Below are positions 10,535-19,911 of a stretch of DNA of 24,075 bases, one piece after another (position 1 is the stretch's first letter; each line of letters opens with the position of its first letter). This DNA comes from Octopus sinensis (lineage: Eukaryota). Made by a program: the position numbers and the translations under genes. The stretch is taken from the NCBI RefSeq assembly GCF_006345805.1, contig NW_021836486.1, positions 1 through 24,075 of the forward strand, written 5' to 3'. The notes beneath the pieces are model-generated. The model was not told the DNA's origin, did not search any database, and worked only from the letters and a program-made list of their open reading frames with translations.

Positions 10535-11281
10535 CAGTGCACGACAAAAGTAACCGGACAAGCCGAAATTTCCATTATTTTAGCCAATTTTAATGCTTTT
10601 TTAAAAAAATAGCTTCTTATTAATTAAAATATTCATTAAATAATATATTTACTTTTTTAATTTCTTTTTTTTTGAATAATCCATTAAATTTAAAGCACAC
10701 TTATTAAATGTAGGTGACAAAAGTAACCGGACACTTTTCAGTTTTTCGCCAAAATTACATTTTTTTAACCTTTTTAGGGGTACACACATGTCAGATTTTG
10801 TTAAAGGACAAATAATTGCCTTTAAAATCAAGGAATCAAAGTTCTTTCATGGCCCGCCCAATTACCTGATCTCAATCCCATTGAGCACGTCTGGCATATA
10901 TCAAAAGAAAATAGATGAAAAAACCCCAACATGTCACAATGATCTAAAAGAGGAAATTATCCAAATTTGAAGATCAATCCCGATAGAGTTCATACAAAAA
11001 CTAATTTTATCAATGAAGGATAGAAGCTACGCAGTGTATAATGCCAAGGAGGCAATTCTAGATTTAATTTTTGATTATTTTTAACTGTCCGGTTTCTTTG
11101 TCGCACCTCGTATTATTTATGCTTTAAATTTAATGTACAATTGAAAAAAGATTAAATTAAAATGTAAAATTGTTTTTCGTGTAAATTAATGTACAAAGGG
11201 TGATTTATGTGAAAAAAAGTTTTAAAATGACTTAAAATAATGGAAATTTTGGCTTGTCCGGTTACTTTGTGTCGTGCACTG
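10535..11281 (+). mobile_element. Non-autonomous, internally deleted Tc1 element with about 200-bp IR/DR ends
   Basis: Ends TA|CAGTGCACGACAAAAGTAACCGGACAAGCC ... GGCTTGTCCGGTTACTTTGTGTCGTGCACTG|TA. Inner DRs lie at about 10714-10734 and 11087-11107. The remnant ORF fuses N-terminal MSDFVKGQIIAF to [15 protein letters not shown]...DLKEEIIQI..SIP..KLILSMKDR..AV...GG. Confidence 0.92.
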
Positions 11282-11509
11282 TATTTAACTAATATTATTT
11301 GACTTTAGTGAGAAAACTGGTGAATAAATAAACAAAAAAATTTTAGACTAAACTGATATAATAATTAAAGATTTTACAAAATAATAATAAATCTGATACT
11401 TTTACATCATAAAATCGAGTGTTTATATTATTATCATTATGCATTGGTCATCAAAAACACGGTTTTGATGTCTTAACGGTTTTGAGGTCTTAATTAGTTT
11501 TATAAGCAA

Positions 11510-12290
11510 ATCTGCCAAATTGGTGTTTTTGTGGAGACCATCGGAGTCTATCAACTTTCAGCACTTGTACAAGTGGTATTGACATAAAAAGATTCCGAGT
11601 CGTAGACAGGTACCAAGTCAAACTGACTCATCATCCAAGAGTAAACTGGCTGACGATAGTAGGGCGGAATTTAATCAGTCTTCTGAATGTGGTTCCGCAG
11701 CTGCGTTAATGGAGGCGAGTTTGATTGATCGGCCTTTTTTTCAAACATTCCACGATCTTTTTACTGCCAGCTCGTGGATGACCATACCAAATGCACTTCA
11801 AATTTCGTAGGCAGAAAAAAATTCAGTCAGTTTGAAATGTTCACAGAGGGAAAAGAACAGAATTGACAAAATAAGTCACACAAAGATAGTTTTTAGTGTG
11901 AAATAGCTCCACATATGCACCAAGTTCGGAGAATTGTTCCATGCTTAGAACTAACTCACGTTTCTTATCCGCAATAGCAGTGGAAATCCCTCGACCAAAG
12001 ATTGGCAAACCAAGGACAAACAGATCTTTTGGAGTTTTCAATCTGAGACCGGCAACCTTCTCAGAAAGGAATGCGAAAGCCTGGTCAAATAGAAAAAGCA
12101 TAGTGAACCCCGACTTGAACAATTGAGTGATAGACCGATTTGGCCAAAGTCCAAAATAATATCAACGTATGGATATCGTCAAGATACCAGAAATTGAGCG
12201 GGCTTGACAGCCATTGGGCAATATGGTCCATTGGGAAGGCAAATAGGAGAAATCCTAATGTATCCCTTTGCTGAACCCCAGACACTCAGT
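11510..12290 (-). mobile_element. Degenerate CRE-like retrotransposon fragment (RT motifs 4-7 and downstream region)
   Basis: Motifs GVQQRDTLGFLLFAFPMDHIAQWLSSPLNFWYLDD, AGLRL..LFVLGLPI, then AAAEPHSED*LN...LLDDESV*LGTCLRLGIFLCQYH. Confidence 0.75.
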
Positions 12291-12560
12291 CAAATATCTG
12301 CACTCTCAATGCATGTCCTATCTTCTTTATGTCCACCAAATAATCACTGCAAAGTTCTTATTTTCTCTCCGCTATTTTGTACAGCACCTTGTCCATCACC
12401 ATGCATGTTATTTCCCAGTCGTGCTACCACATGGTCCTCCTCTGTTCCTCCTCTGAAAATATGGCTTGATCCACCTACCTAATAGCTATTCACCAGGTGG
12501 GGTAATATGTACGACATGTACACACACAACACATAAATAGTCAACCTCTTTTCTCATCTG
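12290..12560 (-). mobile_element. Highly degenerate RT fragment of another non-LTR element
   Basis: Pieces in different frames read EEQRGG..GST and AV..VDIKK, resembling RT motifs 2-3. Confidence 0.3.
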
Positions 12561-12599
12561 AGTGTCTAAAAGAAAAAAACAAGGGTTCCCCTATTGAGT

Positions 12600-13115
12600 G
12601 TCTTAATTATTGTTGCCAGCCATACCATGTCTTGTCGGTCGTTCTTCAGTTCTGGACATAACAGGAGATTGCCCAAGCATATCTGGAGAAGCATGGACTC
12701 CGTTCCCACATTGAAGATTTCATCAACTTTATAGTGATGATCAAGCGCATTCGGACCAAGAGGGAAACTGCTGGTCCCCATCGACCAAGTGGACAACATC
12801 ACCGAATTGATACACCAAGTTTGTCTCAGTCAAGGAGTGGACCCCCAAATTCTTATTTCCTTATTTCCTTCAACTTCTAATGTACCTAGCGCTGTCAAGT
12901 CCAGACGGATATCTTCAAATCCTGGGACGACTATTTGATTGACTGTTAAAGAGACAAGAATGGGGCACAACCTCCCCAATTCATTCAGTACAGCTTCTTT
13001 AAGATCAACTGACCGCATTGCAGGAGCTCCTTGAGTGTATTCTGCACGACAATGGTCGCTCGAACGTTTACAGCTTTGTTCTTGATATCGACTCCGGAGT
13101 GATGAGTTAAACAAT
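12600..13115 (-). mobile_element. Possible degenerate LINE ORF1 (gag-like) fragment
   Basis: Pieces read YQFGDVV, LVRMRL, FNVG and GQSP, resembling the ORF1 pattern YGxV...RxVRMxL...IP....YxGQP. The sequence is GC-richer than its flanks. Confidence 0.3.
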
Positions 13116-13129
13116 TTTATGCATCACTA

Positions 13130-13690
13130 TCTATTCAAAGGACACAAAAGCGTCGGAAAAACGGTTTTCCAGTTACATTGAGGTGATAAAGTGGTGGTGC
13201 ATTAGTAAGCGGCTCTCGCTGGCCATTGACAAATCTGCCTACCACCAAATCAATTCAAGAAACTGACCGGATCAAAAACATCGCCAAATAATGGAAATTG
13301 CTCGCCTTAACTGTTTACGGTATCTGGGACTTACAATCGATGCTAACTCGGGCTACTACCTGCATGGGATAATCCTAATGAAATCGAAAAATACTGTGCT
13401 ATGCGCTGAAACTAGCCTATAGGCTAGATTCACGAAGCCCAGTTTCAAGCTGGGCGAGACTAAGTCCTCGGAGAAGAGGCAGACCATGAAGAATCTTTCC
13501 GGGGACGAATTCTGGTGACCGACTCATTTATGAGCGGGATCAATAACAGACTAACTTGCCTTCAGACAGAAAACCTGACGCCCCTCCAATGATCTCGATT
13601 ACCTCGATCAATTGTCTCGTTTATTTTTCCGACCTAATTGTTGTCATTCTCCTCTTTGTCTTACAATAAAAATTTTTCGTTTCGTTTTGT
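13130..13690 (+). mobile_element. 5'-truncated, internally deleted second copy of the LINE family at 1958-6305, opposite orientation
   Basis: Direct nucleotide similarity to the reverse complement of 1970-2680: TACATTGAGGTGATAAAG vs TACATTGAGGTAATAAAG, CTTACAATCGATGCTAACTCGGGCTAC vs CTTACGATCGACGCTAACTCGGGCTAC. Both copies end TTACAATAAA. Confidence 0.85.
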
Positions 13691-13695
13691 ACGAA

Positions 13696-14320
13696 TCAAT
13701 ATTTGAAAAATGGATACTTTACTATTAAATGATAAACATTAATGAATATAGCAATAAACCACGTAATAAAACCACTAATTAAATTTAGAACTATCTTCTT
13801 AAAGAAGGGTTTATTAAAAACTGAAATTAGTTTTATTATGACACACTTTCGTACTAATATAACTAAAAATTGAATCAATCTGCAAAAAAAATAATCAGTT
13901 TCCTTTTCCGATTTAAAATTAATTTTTAACAAATCTGAACTTTCTGAAGTTTGTCGAATATTCCGGTCTTTTAAATATCATAGCCATAATAACTGTTACT
14001 GAGAGCTACAATGTCCTCTAATTTACAGTCTCTTTAAGATAATCAAAGTAACTTACGGAGTTGATGCAAGTCGGCAATAAACTGTATCTTCATTTAGAGG
14101 AAGTTCTTTCTAGATGTGAAATAAAGATAAAAGAACCAGAAGGTCGGACTCAGTGAGTTGATTTTTCATATATTCAAAAACCTATTTAATGATGTTTGAG
14201 AATTCTAACTGTTTTAATTCCTCGTTGGAATCAGAATTTTGGCGTAATAATTTTAATATTTCCAAAAACACTTGGAATAAACCTGAACAGACATACAAGC
14301 GCGAATATATTCTTTTAATT
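13696..14320 (-). pseudogene. Probable host gene or gene remnant with several 25-34-nt introns, unknown product with hydrophobic C-terminal part
   Basis: GT-AG segments at 14182-14209, 14110-14136, 14032-14056 (GTAAGT donor) and 13821-13854 remove the in-frame stops. The model also needs 2-3 homopolymer indel corrections. Confidence 0.4.
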
Positions 14321-14529
14321 TAATTTTACACAAAATAATAATAATTTGAATAAATTGAAATTAAATATATTGTGTTATAAACTTTGGGAGACTCATTGAA
14401 AAATTTATAAGATACAGCAAAGCTATAAAAAGACAAACTATCTTTTCCCTTGATATTTCATGTGGAATAAAAAAAAATTTACAATTATAGTCTGCTAGAA
14501 ATCCAAGTTGGATTTTATGGGGTGACAGA

Positions 14530-14735
14530 TAATACGACTAGCTGTCGTATTTGTTCAAACGACAGTCATGAAACTACAGAAACAATTATTTTCACAGTAT
14601 TTAATTAGCAGCAGAGGATAATGGAATGGCAATTCCCACGCCAAGATGGATATTGATATGCGTGGAAAAGCCCGATGATCATTTCTCCTTCTGCTTGCTA
14701 GGTCGCCCAGTTTAATAAGGAATTTTTTAGTTATT
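14530..14735 (-). mobile_element. 3' tail of a further CRE-like retrotransposon
   Basis: Translates TKKFLIKLGDLASRRRNDHRAFPRISISIL/RGNCHSIILCC*(TAA at 14605-14607) with one frameshift. Confidence 0.65.
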
Positions 14736-15548
14736 TGACAGATAATTGTAAATAAGCGAATCTCAAAGTTAAAAGTGCAAAGCATCATGTAATAAGATAT
14801 TTTGAAATGTCAATTACAATTTATTTTTTATATGCCAATTCTATTAAATTATCTGTAAAAAATACAGAGAAACGTCTCAGTTACTAAAATTTATTGAATT
14901 TTATTTTTATTAGATCTAGAAAATAATTATTTAAGAAACTTTTCCTATGATTGGACCTTGTTGTTACAAAATACGGCTTTTAATAAAGTAATAATATTTT
15001 GTATTTTAGAGCCTTATTTCATGATGCATGAGATGCACAAGTACCGAAATCTTATCATAAAGATGCATTTTAAAATGAATTTTTTAAAACTTTTTTACAA
15101 AAAACGGATTCGCAAAATTTTAAAAATTTTCATATTTTATTGCTGTCAAAATTTATTTTGACTTTTAAAAAGTAAAAAACATTATCAATGTTCGGCTTTA
15201 TCATCTTCTACTTTAAGACGATTTCAATACTTTGACTTTAAATATACACGATGTGACTTGCCGTTTCACCGATATGTTGTATGAAATGGAATTAACTGAA
15301 TAATGGATATACAGTTCTTATTTCGCATCAGAATTCCATTAATGTACTGTTTTTAAACGATATCAGAGGACTTGTATGCATGCATGAATTATGCATGCAT
15401 GACTTGAGTGGTCAGTCGATCATGAATAGAAGTCACGCTGTCACAAACAGGAAATATAGATAAGAAACCTTGATTCTAATACCTGAGCAGGATCAAACGT
15501 CACTGAAAAGGGGAAAATTTGAAGAGAATTTGGTAGAATTGACTAATG

Positions 15549-16861
15549 CAGGCCTGGCCAACCCAAATCGCATCGCGGGCACTTTGTCCAAATGAATCCT
15601 TTCCGCGGGCCGCATATACATGTACATACTAAGGATAGATATCAAACAACACAGATAAGATTTATTTAGTAAAATAGCATTCAGTCCAATTATACGTATC
15701 AATGAGAAATCTGTTTTTCTTTATCTTCACTTAATTTTTTCAAATCAACTTCACAATTACTAGTTGCCCATCTTAATTGGTTTTCTAAGTTTTTATCTGT
15801 TAAAGAAGATCTATATCTACTTTTACTAAACTTTAATTTCGAAAAGAATGATTCACATACATTTTTTATGCTTCTTGACTCCATCTCATCCATTATTAGC
15901 TTTACAACTCCTTTATTTCTTCCAATCATAGCCGGCGCCCCATCTGTTGTCAATCCAGCAAGGTCTCTAATTCGCTCCATTGTCGGATAAACATTTCATA
16001 ACAGCTTGGAAAATATCTTCGCCCTTTGTAGTATCTTTCAAACTGACAAGGTTAAGCATTCTTGTTTCACTTGAAAAGATTCGGTAACTCCACGAATATA
16101 TACTACAAGTTGAGACGTTGTCTGATATATCCGTGCATTCGTCAAAGGCCAAAGAATAACTTTTGAAATATTTTATTTGATCACGCAAAGTCACCACAAT
16201 TTCATTTGAAATGTCATTAACCCTGCGACATATGGTTGACGTGACAAGCTAATGTTTGAAAACTTTTTAGTTTTATCTGGCAAAATGTCTTTCACGACAG
16301 CATCCAAACACTCTTTACGAATTCTCCATCCGAAATGATTTCATTCTCTTTGAAATTATCATTGCAACAGAGTAGCTTGCTTTAACAGTATCAGAAGAAG
16401 AGTGTATCGATGAATTTAATAGTCTTTGCGGATTTCTCAATTCAGATTTAAGCGAATCCAGTTTCCTTGTTTTCAATTCCTTACTAAATTCGCGTATTCG
16501 GAATGCTTGTTTTCATATGTCTTCTTACATTGTACTCTTTCACCACCGATACTTTCTCCTTGCAAATTAAACATGTTGGCTTGGAATTATGCATTATAAA
16601 AAAGTAATCTCTTCCCAATGATTGCTGAATTGCCTGTTTTCTTCAAAAATTTTCCTTTTCTTCATATTGATAACAGCTACAAAAATAGATAAACTTTAAA
16701 ATTTATTAAACTTATAAAATTTATCTTTATTTATTAAACTTAAGAAAAATTTATCTTGAATGTATTTATAGGTTAACTACATACAAAATTTCTCTCGGGG
16801 CCGCACCAAACTCCATCGCGGGCCGCATGCGGCCCGGCGGGCCTTGGGTTGGCCAGCCCTG
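15549..16861 (-). mobile_element. hAT transposon (SPIN/Charlie, GTF2IRD2/EPM2AIP1-like), internally deleted
   Basis: TIRs CAGGCCTGGCCAACCCAA / TTGGGTTGGCCAGCCCTG (one mismatch). Perfect 8-bp TSD GACTAATG at 15541-15548 and 16862-16869. Subterminal CGCGGGCCGCA repeats are present. Confidence 0.95.
15699..16665 (-). pseudogene. hAT transposase with in-frame internal deletion and frameshifts
   Basis: Motifs MKKRKIFEENRQFSNHWEE, PTCLICKEKVSVVKEYNVRRH, YSLAFDECTDISD, SLKDTTKGEDIF and TTDGAPAMIGRNKG. These are fused directly to CESFFSKLKFSKSRYRSSLTD...QISH*. Confidence 0.9.
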
Positions 16862-17164
16862 GACTAATGATTGACGAATAATTAAAATATTGGAGCAGAC
16901 TAAAACTGTCATTGATTAGCTTGTTTACTTAATAATTAAAGTAAAATACTTATGGCCATATGGATAGGAATTTATAAACCTGCTTTCATATGCTACTGTA
17001 AAATGCTACAGGCTAAAAAAGTCAGGTAATGAAACAAAAGAAACAAATAAGGGGGAGTTGTAGTAAATGCAACCCTCAGTGGTTGCATGGGGCATAAAAA
17101 GGAAACGCCTCTTTTTTACACAAAAAAAATTCAATTTTCATGGAAGTTCATTTTTCAACTTCAA

Positions 17165-17405
17165 CCGGACAGCTACCGCGTTACGGAAATCGCCCTGGAG
17201 ACCACTGGAGCTGCGGGAAAGGAGACTGACTCGTTTCTCAACGAGGTCGGGCAGTCCATTGGGAGGAGGCTCAAGGACACGAGAGAGGGCCTCTGGTTCC
17301 GCCAGCGCATCGGTCTGACCATTGTTCGGGGCAACGCACACTGCGTCCTTGCCGCTGGGACTTAACGATTTTCGTTGTTGATATTTAAGCTAAAAATAAA
17401 AAAAT
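17165..17405 (+). mobile_element. GC-rich 3' tail of a CRE-like retrotransposon
   Basis: Translates YRVTEIALETTGAAGKETDSFLNEVGQSIGRRLKDTREGLWFRQRIGLTIVRGNAHCVLAAGT*. An A-rich tail lies at about 17392-17404. Confidence 0.8.
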
Positions 17406-17511
17406 TAACCAGAAATAACTTTATTAACCTACAAACTAAAAAAATTAACTTGAAAATTTAACTTAACTAAACAGTAAAAACACAAATAATTTTTGTTACA
17501 CATACAAATTA

Positions 17512-17640
17512 CAAATCAAATCAAATCAAAATTTATTCCAAAGACCACCGTTAACCAAAAAAAAACTAACTAAGGTGATCCCGACGATTTGATCATTGCT
17601 CTCAGCTTCGCTCTGTGCTGCTCTCTTAAGCTCACACAAG
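17512..17640 (-). mobile_element. Short LINE 3' end with (GATTT)n tail
   Basis: Minus strand reads GGAATAAATTTTGATTTGATTTGATTTG, a polyA signal followed by a pentanucleotide tail, preceded by a short GC-richer stretch. Confidence 0.45.
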
Positions 17641-17706
17641 TTCTAAAATTTAGAATAATGAGAAAAAATCTAAATGCTTCATAATTTTAAAATGTCAAAA
17701 CAAGAA

Positions 17707-18046
17707 TTTTCTGAGGAGCAAGCCTGTCTGCACAGTTCATTTGTGATTAGAAGACCTAATTTTAGAGATTGAAACGAGAAATAGCAATGAGATCTGTCAA
17801 ATTATTACCCCCCTCACAACCTAAACCAAATTACCGTCCAGTATTCAATTGATTTTACTTTTTCTATTAAGATCTACTTATAAATTATTTTATGGGATTC
17901 AATGGAAAACTTTAGTTATTTCAATTTTAATTTTAAATAATGTTAAAATTTTAAATCATTTAATAAATATATTTGTTGATGACAGGCTTGTTAGATGTAA
18001 AAGTCGCGTCTAGCGCTCGGTCGCTCGCTGCGCTCGCGACATATTA
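17707..18046 (+). mobile_element. Possible non-autonomous Helentron-type (HINE/DINE-1-like) element
   Basis: A T-run is followed by subterminal IRs CAAGCCTGTC (17719-17728) and GACAGGCTTG (17981-17990), then a GC-rich hairpin at 18003-18040. No TSD. Confidence 0.4.
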
Positions 18047-19911
18047 AATAGGCCTTCAACAATTAAGGTTGTTTTAGAAATTGGTTGTGATTATCTTTGT
18101 TTTTGCAGTTAAGATGCACATATTCATATTATATCAATAATTCTATAATGTCAAAACCAATAATAAATTAATAGTTAATCAGAAACTAAGCAGATCTCAC
18201 TCCAGCTCGCTGATATCCACTCTCCTTCTCTTGGAAGAAGAGTCTACTTCCAGCTGCCTCTTACTCCCCCTACCACATCTGATTCAATCATTGCATCTTC
18301 TTTAGCATTCATTGGGTCGTCTTCATTTTTGCATGCCATCTCCACATACCGGTTGGAAGCAGAAGCGTATTCTTCACCAGATACCTTCATTCCGTGCTTG
18401 TGTTCGATCATCATACTCTCGAGCGTTCTTTCAGTACAACGGATTGGATGTATGTCCTCGTTCCTGCTTCATAGATAGTTTCTTCATATAATTTTTGAAG
18501 CATTTCGAGACAACTCCATCCCATGTCTAACCACACCACAGGAATTATTTTTACTTGACAGCTATACAGAAGCGAAAGCTCACTTGCAATAGGTCATACT
18601 TGTGACACTTTTCAACCTCCACTTGCTTGAGGCGATCCTGTGAAGTAATACCCACTTCAATTAGATTTATTTTTTCTGACTTTGTCGTGGACAAGATATC
18701 TGGCTTTTATATTCTACTTTTGTTTCGGTGAGGATTGTAGAATCAACCCGATTTCAACTTTTCCCGTCGACAGTGTTGACTGAACAGAATGTCCCTTCAA
18801 TCGTCTTGCTTTTTTGAGTCCATACATTCGGCACAAGTAAGGTGAATACACTTCACAACTTCGTTGTGTCTCCGGAGATAATCACTGTTGAGCATTTTAC
18901 CACACTGAGTAGCCATGTGGTCAACAGTTTTCTTGCTTTTCTTACAATGATTGCATAATGAGTCAGCGGATGCAAAGAACAAGTTTCGATCTTGCAAAAG
19001 ACAATACAATGCTTCGCTTCGTGGCCCATTATTTCCATTAGATAGCCATTCTGAGGATGCAGGTAATCAACATTAGGTTCATCCACACATTTGAAAAGCA
19101 CAGAATGTAGTGCTTTAGAACTAATTTTCTTTTGTAATATTGTATCTGACTGGACTTTAGAGACTCTATAGTAATACTCTTCTTATCAATAATTGCATAT
19201 TTGGAGGATAGAAATCCTGCGATCATAGCCAATGCCATTTATTCATTTTAATTACACGCAGAATCCCCGCCCTCCGTAAGCATATAGTTGACATATTTTC
19301 CAGACTCGTAAGGAACTGAAGAGAGCTTAGTTCACTTTTGAAAGTAACTGATGAAAGCCCTCTTCCAAGAGCCTTCCGGTTTAAATACAGTCTCTCTTTA
19401 TTTGCAGGTTTGAGATGTAATCTGAGCGACGTAAGCAATTGCCGTATTTGTCTGTCAATATCATCAAATTCAGAAGGTTCAATATTGATTAGCCCAATAT
19501 AATAATTATATAGTGACAATGCATATTCATTTATAGCACGAAACAGATTCACAGAGTTGAGTTTTGTTTTCGATAGCATAGTTATCCTCTTCTTAACATT
19601 CTCAAAGATAGAGTCCATAACTCTATTCTTAAGAACATTGCTTCCACCATCTTCAAGTACACCCAAATACCGATATCCATTGATTCCATCAATAGTCTTA
19701 CAACATGATAATGATTCCAAATTAGACGCTGATTTTTCTGAATCATCTCCAAACCAACAATTTTAAAAAATCCGTTAACAGCTTCCATCATTTTGAGTAA
19801 AGTGTCTTGTTTGAGAGCAAATATTTTTAATCGTCAATAATAGCAAATGATTAGTAGAATATGTGTGACAGTCCAATAAAATACACGCCGAATAATCTAC
19901 ACTTGTCACAA

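Noticed and set aside
11459-11492. 17-bp tandem duplication ACGGTTTTGA(T/G)GTCTTA
   Set aside because: Two copies only, consistent with simple slippage or repair duplication.
12280-12567. MITE defined by the 10-bp inverted repeat AGACACTCAG/CTGAGTGTCT
   Set aside because: There is no TSD, and the left copy overlaps CRE RT coding sequence. Probably chance or a rearrangement scar.
15376-15402. ATGCATGCATGA duplicated palindrome
   Set aside because: Low-complexity (ATGC)n repeat with no supporting context.
17040-17110. MULE-type zinc knuckle (CSKC...GHKKET) and ATGCAACC/GGTTGCAT hairpin
   Set aside because: It requires a frameshift, lacks the last Cys, and no other Mutator motif or TIR was found.
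18003-18040. AAV/parvovirus ITR Rep-binding site or plasmid contamination (GCTC repeats)
   Set aside because: The match is very short and there is no viral or vector sequence nearby. A TE terminal hairpin is more parsimonious.
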